Positions 1-8,488 of a DNA stretch of 64,000 nucleotides are shown one piece after another; position 1 is the stretch's first letter; each line of letters starts with the position of its first letter. The stretch comes from Candidatus Bathyarchaeota archaeon. Lineage in GTDB: Archaea; Thermoproteota; Bathyarchaeia; Bathyarchaeales; Bathycorpusculaceae. The DNA is taken from contig CAWAKC010000001.1 of NCBI GenBank assembly GCA_963782525.1, positions 448,001-512,000 on the forward strand, in the 5' to 3' direction. A program made the position numbers and the translations under genes. Below the pieces are notes generated by a model. It saw nothing but the letters and a program-made list of their open reading frames with translations, had not been told where the DNA came from and searched no databases.

Positions 1-411
1 GTTCTAGGGTACATTAAGCGGTTGCAAGATCAGTGGGCTGGCTTTGAGAAAATCCGTGTAGATTTCACTCGTGAAGGACCCAGCTTAATCAAAGACATGG
101 AAAACGCAGGCATACAAAATACCGAAGGCGTAAACTTCAGCGTACCCCGCAAAAGCGAAATAGCAAATGTCCTAAAGCAACGTATGATGAACCATCAGTT
201 TTTCTTTCCACTGTTAACCTGGGAAAAACCCTATCGAAGCGATATTTGTACCGAACTTAACGTCGAAAAATATCAACTACGCAACGATGGCAACATAGGA
301 TACAGCCACCCAACCGGCACCCACGACGACGTATTCTGGAGCATAGCACTAGCTATTTACGCAACTGTTGAAATGGTACCCGAACAATTCGTAGCTGTTG
401 TACCTCGATAG
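1..411 (+). CDS. Phage terminase large subunit, C-terminal nuclease domain (5'-truncated by window edge)
   Basis: Frame is open from base 1. VDFTREG and HPTGTHDDVFWSIALA match the RNase H-like terminase nuclease motifs (D...G; HDD..xA.ALA). Confidence 0.75.
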   Translation, partial: VLGYIKRLQDQWAGFEKIRVDFTREGPSLIKDMENAGIQNTEGVNFSVPRKSEIANVLKQRMMNHQFFFPLLTWEKPYRSDICTELNVEKYQLRNDGNIGYSHPTGTHDDVFWSIALAIYATVEMVPEQFVAVVPR

Positions 412-552
412 ATGAAAATCAGAAAATGGATAAACCAAGAGTCAGGAATTAGAAACCGAAACCGAGTTCAATAACACTTCTTTCTCGATCTAAAAAGTGA
501 GGAGTCTAAACCAAAAAAAGAAAGAGGGGGGTATATTTGTTTTTTTACAGCT

Positions 553-3087
553 TTATGCTCTCTTCTTAATCATCAGCAAGGCCAGTACGATGAAACCTGC
601 GATGACTAAGACGAATAGGCCTGCGATTGCGGGGATAAAGTAGGTGTCGGCGACAGATGCGGGGATAGCTGTTGGAGCTATGGTAGGTGCTGCTTTGTCG
701 TCTACTGTGAATGCTGTTTCTGCGTGTGAGGACCAGTATGATTCTGAGCCGTCAAAGCTTGCGATTACTGTGTATGTGCCAGCAATGTCAGGTGTGTATC
801 GATAGCTAAAGCAGCCGTTTGCATCGCTTGTTGTTTGTCCGATTTGGCGGTAGTTATTGTTGGAGTCTATTGCGTATAGTGTCACTGGTACACCAGTAGT
901 ATTGGTTGGTCGAGGCTTCTGCATGTACACGTAGTCCATCCAGTCGCTCATACTTTCGTCTGAAACGGCTGGTACACCATTTGGAAAACGTCCAGCTTGC
1001 TCAGTCTGTTGAGTGCCTGCAGCGATGTCTGTTACGGTGCCTTCGATGATTACGCTGCTGCCTTGAACTGAAACTTTGGGTGAAGCGGCGACTGTAGTTT
1101 GGCTTGGGCCTTTACCGACAGCATATAACTGCAGATCGTATAAGTTCAGATATACAAAGTAGCCATCTGCAATAGCAAAGCCGTTATTAGAGCCATACCC
1201 ATCGATTGTCCATATTTCAGCTCCAGTAGTTGCGTTTATCCACCTGAATTGAACGCCTTTGAGGTGCGGTGAATTGGCAGAGTGTTCAGTGGTGTACAAG
1301 AAGACTTTTCCATCAGTAATTGCGCCTATGCCTAGTGGGAATCCTGGGTAGCCTGCGTCTAAGCCGGCTGGTGCTGTGTAGTTCCATAGTTGTTGTCCGG
1401 TGTTGAGATCGTAACAGTAGAGTACTCCTGCGTAGCCTGCTGAGTAGAGTTTGCCGTTTGCTACAGCGTATCTTGTTAGACCAAGGTCTGCATAGTAGTT
1501 GAAGTCAACTTCTGATGGAGTTTGCCATAGTTTTGTGCCGTTGTCAACGCTGAAACCAGCCCACTGTATCTCTTCTTTATCATACATTGTAAAGACGCGT
1601 GTGCTTGGATCTATAAAGAGGCTCATGAATACTGGCGCAAAGCTTAAGGTTACGTTGCCGGATGGTGCATCATAGTTTTTCATCCACAACAGGTTGCCGC
1701 GGCTTTCTGGTTTAAGACTTATTGCCCAAACTGTATAGGGACTCCAGCTGCTGCCTGGTGCAGGTAAAGTGCCGTTGCTGCCGATCAATACGTCGTTGTA
1801 GATGAACCCTTGTATGGTTCCGCCCGCCATTAGTGGGACTGATACGTTCCATGAGTATGCTGTGCTAGCGTCGACTGATTTGCCTACAGGTCTCCATTGG
1901 TTGTAGTTTGTGGTTGTGTAATCATTGGGGTCAGTTGAGGCTGTTAAGCCGTGAGCTGCGGTGTTGTTCCATAATGCGAGCCATTTGCCATTTGAGCCTA
2001 GCACGTATCTGAGTATTTCGCCGTTTGGACCGTAAGATGCGGTTCCTGTGGGAACGTTAGTTTCGTTGAATAGCCAGTTTCCGGTCATGGGGTCATATGC
2101 AATTAATGTTGTGCCTTGAGATGCCCATAAGTAGCCGTTTCGGATCATTCCGTGTTGGTTGATTGACTCGTAATCGTAGAGTTGACCAAATGTTGGAGTG
2201 ACTGATGTCCAATTTTGCCACCATAGTTGTTTGCCAGTCATTAAGTCAACACAGACATATCCTGAGCCTTTGGCTGCATCGCTTAGAGGCAGTGGATAAT
2301 AGAGTTTGCCTTGTATGATTAATGGAGCGCCAAAGATGCCTTCGTAAGCGGTTCCATCGTAGTATGTTACGTCTTGGATGCCGGTTTGGGATACATCTCC
2401 ACCTACAACACCTCCAAACGCGTACGGTTGCGTCCACATTATGTGTGCACTGTTAGGCGCTGATCCACCTAGCTGAACTTTTCCCCATATCTGGGGGGAT
2501 GCAAGCCAGTTAGATGCGATACTATACCATTGTGTGTTTTGTCCTTCTATGGGGCGTGTCCAATATTCGGTTGGAAGCGGATAGTTAGGTACTGCTGGTA
2601 TTGCATCTTGTTGAACAGTAATTGTTGTAGTTGCGGTGCTTGCAGCGTAGGTATTGTTGATACCAATGTTATAGTTGTATATGCCTGTTCCATTGCTTCC
2701 AGTTATGACTTGCGGTCCGAAACGAGACGTAAACGTGTACGTTCCAACCATATCAGGGGTGAATAAGTAGTAGCTGCCTCCGACAGGATCGGAAGTGAAC
2801 GGCCCTTGAGTTGTGATCGTGTTGTCAGGTGCTTTAATGTCAAGGAAGAAGAACCATCTGTCTCCGGCTGTGCCGGCTGCAGTAGGCGGGATCTTGTCAA
2901 CCCAAAATACTATGGTTGCAGTTTGACTTACTCCGATTGGGTCAGGTGAAGCCGTGATGTAGGCGTAAGTCGGATATGTCCAAGCAGGATAATGTGCATT
3001 AACACTCGGTAGAGCAAAAAACGGTACAGTAATAGTTAACATTAACAACATTGCAAATAACGTAGCATTTTTTTTGGATATTTTCAA
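553..3087 (-). CDS. Secreted, C-terminally membrane-anchored PQQ-like beta-propeller protein, paralog 1 (844 aa)
   Basis: Signal peptide, Ig-like N-domain (SDPVGG), repeated YCYDLxTGxxLW blades, C-terminal TM + KKRA. TTG start preceded by AGGAG. Confidence 0.85.
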   Translation of the reverse strand: MKISKKNATLFAMLLMLTITVPFFALPSVNAHYPAWTYPTYAYITASPDPIGVSQTATIVFWVDKIPPTAAGTAGDRWFFFLDIKAPDNTITTQGPFTSDPVGGSYYLFTPDMVGTYTFTSRFGPQVITGSNGTGIYNYNIGINNTYAASTATTTITVQQDAIPAVPNYPLPTEYWTRPIEGQNTQWYSIASNWLASPQIWGKVQLGGSAPNSAHIMWTQPYAFGGVVGGDVSQTGIQDVTYYDGTAYEGIFGAPLIIQGKLYYPLPLSDAAKGSGYVCVDLMTGKQLWWQNWTSVTPTFGQLYDYESINQHGMIRNGYLWASQGTTLIAYDPMTGNWLFNETNVPTGTASYGPNGEILRYVLGSNGKWLALWNNTAAHGLTASTDPNDYTTTNYNQWRPVGKSVDASTAYSWNVSVPLMAGGTIQGFIYNDVLIGSNGTLPAPGSSWSPYTVWAISLKPESRGNLLWMKNYDAPSGNVTLSFAPVFMSLFIDPSTRVFTMYDKEEIQWAGFSVDNGTKLWQTPSEVDFNYYADLGLTRYAVANGKLYSAGYAGVLYCYDLNTGQQLWNYTAPAGLDAGYPGFPLGIGAITDGKVFLYTTEHSANSPHLKGVQFRWINATTGAEIWTIDGYGSNNGFAIADGYFVYLNLYDLQLYAVGKGPSQTTVAASPKVSVQGSSVIIEGTVTDIAAGTQQTEQAGRFPNGVPAVSDESMSDWMDYVYMQKPRPTNTTGVPVTLYAIDSNNNYRQIGQTTSDANGCFSYRYTPDIAGTYTVIASFDGSESYWSSHAETAFTVDDKAAPTIAPTAIPASVADTYFIPAIAGLFVLVIAGFIVLALLMIKKRA

Positions 3088-3135
3088 GTTTTTTTATTCT
3101 CCTTTAAAGTTCATGCGTCCACTAACGTGTTAGTG

Positions 3136-3163
3136 TTAATAAGCCTGACTCACTTATCGTGAG
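3136..3163 (-). promoter_or_regulatory. TATA-like box (3136-3142) plus palindrome CTCACTTATCGTGAG (3149-3163)
   Basis: Same motif and 6-bp spacing found at three other propeller promoters. Confidence 0.75.
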
Positions 3164-3562
3164 GAAAAAAAGCTAACTTAAGATACTGCAAACCTTCCAA
3201 ACGGTATCTCAATATAGAACAGTCAATTTGCGAATCCTTAACAGATAGTTTCACAGTTACATTGAAGGACGAGTATTTTTTTGTGCTAAGAATATCACTT
3301 GTTTTAACGTTATTATTAAATCAAAATTCCAGTTAGTCTCGAGGAATAATATCTTTTTTTATCTTTCCTACCTGCAAACACTGGTAATTCTAATTCACAG
3401 AAGTGCATAGCTCAACTTTACTGATTGGATGACTAAAACAAATTTTGATAAAAAGCGTACTTTTGCCTCAAAGGCTGAGAAGCGCGTGGGGCAGTTATAC
3501 AAGGAGAGAAAATCAAATATACACAAACTGCAGCTAATTCGCTAAATAGGAGGCATCCATAA

Positions 3563-4243
3563 ATCTCAGAACAGGTTTTCCTAGTCGCAGAAGAAACTTT
3601 TTCTTCACTCATCTGTTTCATTCTCGTATGGTTCTTAATAAAGCCATATCAGGTTACTAGAGAAAGTCGATATTTGGGGCTCCCCCTTGGATTTGGGTTT
3701 CTTGCCGCCTCCTATGCGTTTTCAGCTTTTGCACATTCGTATCCTACTTTTTCGATCAATCCTTTGGCATGGTTCCAACTCCTCTCACGTCCATTTGCTT
3801 TTGCATTTCTAGCGTTCACATATTATTTTGCCAAGAAAACTTCAACAAACACTCGACTAATCTGGGATGCAACATTAAGTTGTATGATCGTTGTTTTGAC
3901 AACCCTCTTTATTCTGTTTCTTGTCGCGCCAAAACTCGCTCTTGATAATTATCGCCTCTTAAGCATTTATGCCCGGGTTTTTGACATAGTCTGCCTGATC
4001 TACATCACTACCCATACAATCAGAAGTCACTTAGTAAGTCAAGATTCAAAAACAATATTGACGCCATTCGGATACATGCTTCTTGGAATAGGCCAATACT
4101 CATTGTTAATTTGGAATATAGGGGATATGAACAATAAATTTCCATTTTATGGAGGCTTGGCACTTCGTTGGATAGGATTGGTTCTTTTCCTCATAATTGC
4201 ATACCGAACCTTTTATGGGTCACAAAAAAGGATGTCTGAATGA
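3563..4243 (+). CDS. Polytopic (~7 TM) membrane protein, putative sensor, paralog A
   Basis: Homologous to 11432-12097 (LICFILV..IKPY..T.E.RYLGLPLGF). Homology extends upstream of the TTG at 3674 to an in-frame ATC at 3563, which has GGAGG at 3549-3553. Confidence 0.7.
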   Translation: MSEQVFLVAEETFSSLICFILVWFLIKPYQVTRESRYLGLPLGFGFLAASYAFSAFAHSYPTFSINPLAWFQLLSRPFAFAFLAFTYYFAKKTSTNTRLIWDATLSCMIVVLTTLFILFLVAPKLALDNYRLLSIYARVFDIVCLIYITTHTIRSHLVSQDSKTILTPFGYMLLGIGQYSLLIWNIGDMNNKFPFYGGLALRWIGLVLFLIIAYRTFYGSQKRMSE

Positions 4244-4521
4244 AGAAAAAAGCCAGAAGAAACAAAATGAAAATCTACGGAGACCTTTTGTCTATTATTA
4301 AGGCTGAAAAAAAGAGCGCAGACAGGATAGTTTTGACACGCATTCAGGCGAAAATGAATGTTCCCTTCGACCGTTTAAAAAACTACATTTCTGACTTAGA
4401 AGATCTCAAATTAATCGAAGACCAGCTTTCACTCAACCTCACTCAAAAAGGCAAACAATATCTAGATGAATATCAGAAAATCCTTGATTTCATGGAACGT
4501 ATGGGCATAGCCAACCGATAA
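4240..4521 (+). CDS. Small winged-HTH transcription regulator (HTH_45-like), paralog A
   Basis: RRNKMKIYGDLL...LTRIQAKMNVPFDRLKNY...LTQKGKQYL. ATGA overlap with the upstream gene. Confidence 0.8.
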   Translation: MKKKARRNKMKIYGDLLSIIKAEKKSADRIVLTRIQAKMNVPFDRLKNYISDLEDLKLIEDQLSLNLTQKGKQYLDEYQKILDFMERMGIANR

Positions 4522-5059
4522 AAACAATCGATAGTCTTGCATTGAAAGAATAATCACCGCATCTTTGCTATTAAAAAAGAGGGGCTGCTGAATCATTTCT
4601 CCGACTGAAGTGGATTAATTATCCCCTATGGTGCTGTGATAATCTCAGTGAAAATTGACCAAAATTGCTGGTTATTGAGGAAAATGGAAAAGGAAGATGA
4701 TTTTATAGCGCTAGAATAAGTTAGTCAATACGCGATTTTTTTTGGAGGCAGTTTCATAGTTCGATTTCAGGAAAAAGGGTTCGTTTTTTAAGATAACGCT
4801 ATTTTTTAATTCACGTTATTCTTGAATTATAATTAAAGCGGGAAATTTGACAACTTCATTTTATCCATTCTGATGGCAGATAATTTGAATTTTAAGTCAA
4901 AAAACAACTTCAGTGAAATTTTTCAAATGGATCGTGTCGCTAAATATTTATATACTTATTAAATAAAAATTAGAGCAATAGTACGCAATTAAATATACTT
5001 AAAGAATCTAAAAATAGTTTTACTTTTAAGCGATAAAGAGCTCACTTACAAATCTGCAG

Positions 5060-5338
5060 TTACTCAATAGTGTAAAGTGGTTGGGAAGGGTAGTTCTGTG
5101 TTTCAAAAGGCATTGATTTTGTTACACGAAGAATGCTAGTTGCAGGACCAGTAGTGATATATACGATTTCGACTTTAGGGAACTGCGTTTCTATTAATTC
5201 TTTAAGCTTATTAAGATCCTTTTCGTTCGCTTTAAGAATTAGTGCTCTCGGCTTGATCTTGTAAGAAGCTAAATCCAAACTAACTACTTGCGAAACGTCA
5301 CTATTTTGGGTACTTTCTTTGAGGTTTGACTCAACCAT
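5060..5338 (-). CDS. Small unknown protein, KIKPRA family, copy 1
   Basis: Paralogous to 14505-14810 and 20409-20714. Lies directly downstream of a propeller gene. Confidence 0.75.
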   Translation of the reverse strand: MVESNLKESTQNSDVSQVVSLDLASYKIKPRALILKANEKDLNKLKELIETQFPKVEIVYITTGPATSILRVTKSMPFETQNYPSQPLYTIE

Positions 5339-5409
5339 TTTCTTCCAGATCCTTTAATTTTTTGTTTTTTCCCATCAAAAAAAGGGATAAGGATGTTGTT
5401 TTTTGTTGT

Positions 5410-8070
5410 TTATGGCCGTTTTCTTAGGACAAGTATCGTAACAGCGAATCCAACGACGACTGCGAGGATTATGGCTATTCCGACGCCCATGATGTAGGTT
5501 TCAGTTGGTGGTAGAATAATTTCTGGGTACGGTGATGCTGTGGGCGCTGCGTTGCTGACACTCATGTAGGTTTGGGCTAAGGATGCACCGTAGGATGTTG
5601 AGCCGTGGAAGGTTGCGATGATCTTGTATGTTCCTGGAACTTGTGGTGTCCAGTCAAGACCGTAGACGCCTGTTAGGTCGCTTGTTGTGTCTCCAATGTG
5701 GATGTAGTTGCCGTTTGGATCGTATGCGTCTAAGGATACTGGTACTCCAGTTGCGTTTGTTGGCTTTGGTTGCTGTTTGAATAAGTATTCCATCCATGCT
5801 TGCATGCTGCCTTCGGACACTGCGGGTGTGCCTTTGAGTACAAAGTCTTCGCCGACGCCTTGGGCTTGAGTTAATGAGGGTACGGCGTAGTTTTCGTTCA
5901 GTTTACCTGAGGGGGTCTGGTCAGTAACAGTTCCGGTTAGGGTGACGCTGTTTCCGAGGGGTATGTCGATTTGTGGTGCTGATACTGTGGTTCCGGATTT
6001 TCCTTGTCCGTAGCAGTATAGGCAGTTGTCGTAGCTGTCTAAGCTTAGAACACGTCCGTCTGCGATGTATACGCCGGTACCTGCTGCCATGCCTGCTGAC
6101 CAATGGAGGATCTTCCATACTTCTGTTCCATCAGTTGCATTGATGCATCGTAGGTCTGATCCTCGCCAGAGTGGCTGGGTAGGTGAGTGTTCGCTGCTGG
6201 TACAATAGAGTTTGCCATCGGCGATTGCTGCGATACCGACTGGATAGTTTCCGTATGGTGATTCAAAGCCTTGGTCTTGTGCTGTGTACTGCCAAATGAT
6301 CTGTCCTGTGGTTATGTTATAGGCTGTGACTTGGCCACCGTAGCCGTAGCTGAAGAACATATGGTTATAGATGGCAGTGTCGTCTGCTGAACTTAAGCCG
6401 TAGAATTGCATTTGCGTTTCAGGTTGGCTTTCCCAGAGTTGTTGACCGGTTTTCAGGTCAAAGCCCCAGTACTGTCGGGTCATGTCTTGTCTGTAGATGA
6501 AGACGCCATCTTCAACGCTCATCGATTCGTACATCATGCCTGGTCTGGAACCGGCATATACCAAAGTGCTTGCTGCTTCTGGAGGAGTATAAGTTTCGTT
6601 CCATAGCAATGAGCCGATGGTTCCTTTGGTGGGGTCTAAGTTGAGTGCCCAGAAGTTGCCTTGCACTATTGTTGTTCCGTTGTTGCTGCCTGTTGTTCCG
6701 CCGACTACGTCTATGCCTTCTCGTACCCATCTGATGGTTCCTTGTACAGGAAGTGATCTTCCGCCTTGGCCGTCAAGGGTTACGTTCAGTGAGAAAGCTT
6801 GTCGTCCGTCATGTACTGCGTATTGTTGTGGTCGCCATTGCCAATAGTTGGTTCCGGTTGTGCCCAAGAGTTCAGAGGGGATAGCTGATGAGTTCCAGCA
6901 AGTTAGATACATTTTGCCGCCTGAGACCGAGTTGTTGTAGTATAGTATGCTTCCGTCGTGGCCGTAGACTTGCATTCCGCCAGTTGAAACGTTAGCGATT
7001 TTTGTGATTGTGTCAAAGGTGTAGCCGTCGAGACATTCCCAAGTTGACATTCCTGATCCAGTTGTAGAGCCCGTTGGGAGTGTTACGCCTGAAGTTCGCC
7101 AAAGGTAACTAAAACCGCCGTGCTGGTTAGGTGACTCATAATTGTATATTGATGCGAATGAGGGCATGACAGTGTTGTTGTATTGAGCCATTGTTTTTCC
7201 AGAGTACAGGTCGATGACCCACCAACCGTTGTTTCCATGTGCAGTGTTTCGGTCAGAAACAATGATTTTTCCGTTGAGGATAATCATGTTGCTGATGGAA
7301 AGTCCGCCGTAGTGCATTGTTTCATAGCCTATGTTGCCGTAGGCCTCATCCATGAGGCCGCCTGCGAAGTAGGGTCGTGACCACAAAATGTGTGGACTTT
7401 CTGGTCCAGGACCCATATTGTACTTTGTGTTTGGGGCGAGGTTGATTTGTGCGCCAGCTAGCCAGTTGGCTGAAAGTGTGTACCAGTCCCTGTTTGCACT
7501 GTAGATTGGTCGTGTCCAATAGTCATTTGGAAGCGGGGTTTCTGTCCATGCAGCGATTGGGTCTCGTTGTGCTTTAAGATTAACTGGGTCGCTAGTAGCT
7601 GGTCCGTAGGTATCATTGACATTATCATTTGCTATTGGAACTCCGTTCGCTGAAGGAAGCCCTGTCAATGTATATGCAGGCATGCGTGCTACAATGGTGT
7701 AGTTGCCCTCCTCAGTTGGAGTGAACATTGTATATGAACCGCCTACTGGATCGGAAGTCAATGGTCCTAAGGTTTGGTTGACACCGCTAGGTGAGGTAAT
7801 GTCTAAGTAGAAAATCCATCTGTCGCCATAACGGCTATCGGTGGATGCTGTGGGCATGACTGTGCCGCACCAGAAGGTGATTAGTGTTTCTTGTCCAACG
7901 CCTATGACATCTGGTGCAGCGGCTGCATAAACCCATACTTTATAGTTCACTGATGGATTGTGTGCTGCCGCATTTGGTAGAGCCGCAATTGGAATAATCA
8001 TAGCTAACATTAGAAACAACGCAATTATAGAGTAGGTTTTCTTTTTTGTCAGGTTGTTAGATAGTTTCAT
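5410..8070 (-). CDS. PQQ-like beta-propeller surface protein, paralog 2
   Basis: Same architecture as paralog 1 (YESPNQHG, SEHS, TM + LRKRP). Start moved from 8112 to 8070 because the TATA-like box lies at 8120-8126. Confidence 0.85.
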   Translation of the reverse strand: MKLSNNLTKKKTYSIIALFLMLAMIIPIAALPNAAAHNPSVNYKVWVYAAAAPDVIGVGQETLITFWCGTVMPTASTDSRYGDRWIFYLDITSPSGVNQTLGPLTSDPVGGSYTMFTPTEEGNYTIVARMPAYTLTGLPSANGVPIANDNVNDTYGPATSDPVNLKAQRDPIAAWTETPLPNDYWTRPIYSANRDWYTLSANWLAGAQINLAPNTKYNMGPGPESPHILWSRPYFAGGLMDEAYGNIGYETMHYGGLSISNMIILNGKIIVSDRNTAHGNNGWWVIDLYSGKTMAQYNNTVMPSFASIYNYESPNQHGGFSYLWRTSGVTLPTGSTTGSGMSTWECLDGYTFDTITKIANVSTGGMQVYGHDGSILYYNNSVSGGKMYLTCWNSSAIPSELLGTTGTNYWQWRPQQYAVHDGRQAFSLNVTLDGQGGRSLPVQGTIRWVREGIDVVGGTTGSNNGTTIVQGNFWALNLDPTKGTIGSLLWNETYTPPEAASTLVYAGSRPGMMYESMSVEDGVFIYRQDMTRQYWGFDLKTGQQLWESQPETQMQFYGLSSADDTAIYNHMFFSYGYGGQVTAYNITTGQIIWQYTAQDQGFESPYGNYPVGIAAIADGKLYCTSSEHSPTQPLWRGSDLRCINATDGTEVWKILHWSAGMAAGTGVYIADGRVLSLDSYDNCLYCYGQGKSGTTVSAPQIDIPLGNSVTLTGTVTDQTPSGKLNENYAVPSLTQAQGVGEDFVLKGTPAVSEGSMQAWMEYLFKQQPKPTNATGVPVSLDAYDPNGNYIHIGDTTSDLTGVYGLDWTPQVPGTYKIIATFHGSTSYGASLAQTYMSVSNAAPTASPYPEIILPPTETYIMGVGIAIILAVVVGFAVTILVLRKRP

Positions 8071-8119
8071 TTTTCTTTTTTCCTTTTTAGTTTGTGAACT
8101 ATCATTGCTCATGTTACAT

Positions 8120-8148
8120 CTAATAAGCTGAACTCACCGATCGTGAGT
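8120..8148 (-). promoter_or_regulatory. TATA-like box plus palindrome CTCACCGATCGTGAG (8133-8147)
   Basis: Conserved motif with the 6-bp spacer. Confidence 0.75.
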
Positions 8149-8488
8149 GCAAAAAAGTGCAAATTATTTCGAATTTTGTATTTGACTGATTTAATATAAT
8201 TAAATAAATAAGACAAAAAAAGAAGCAACTATTTTAGGAATTACGCGAGTAAAGTCCATGGCCTTATTCAAATAAGAACGAAAAGGATATTCTGAATGTG
8301 ATGAGTAGCTTAAGGGTTTGCTGGAGCTTTATTTAGGAACAGGAAAGAAAATGAAAGTACAAACCTACAAATCTAAATTGAACAATTTCCTGATATTTTC
8401 AACCCAATTTTCTACCTTTATTCTAAAATAATACGATTTTTTAACTAAAAATAAAAAAAGGGATGTAATTTTTTAGTTTACTTTAGCA

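Noticed and set aside
510-550. A/T tracts after the propeller genes as a repeat family
   Set aside because: Consistent with ordinary archaeal oligo-T terminators on the - strand.
553-3087. Assigning the propeller paralogs as PQQ alcohol/methanol dehydrogenases or archaeosortase substrates
   Set aside because: Only the generic blade repeat is present. No vicinal disulfide and no PGF/PEF sorting motif.
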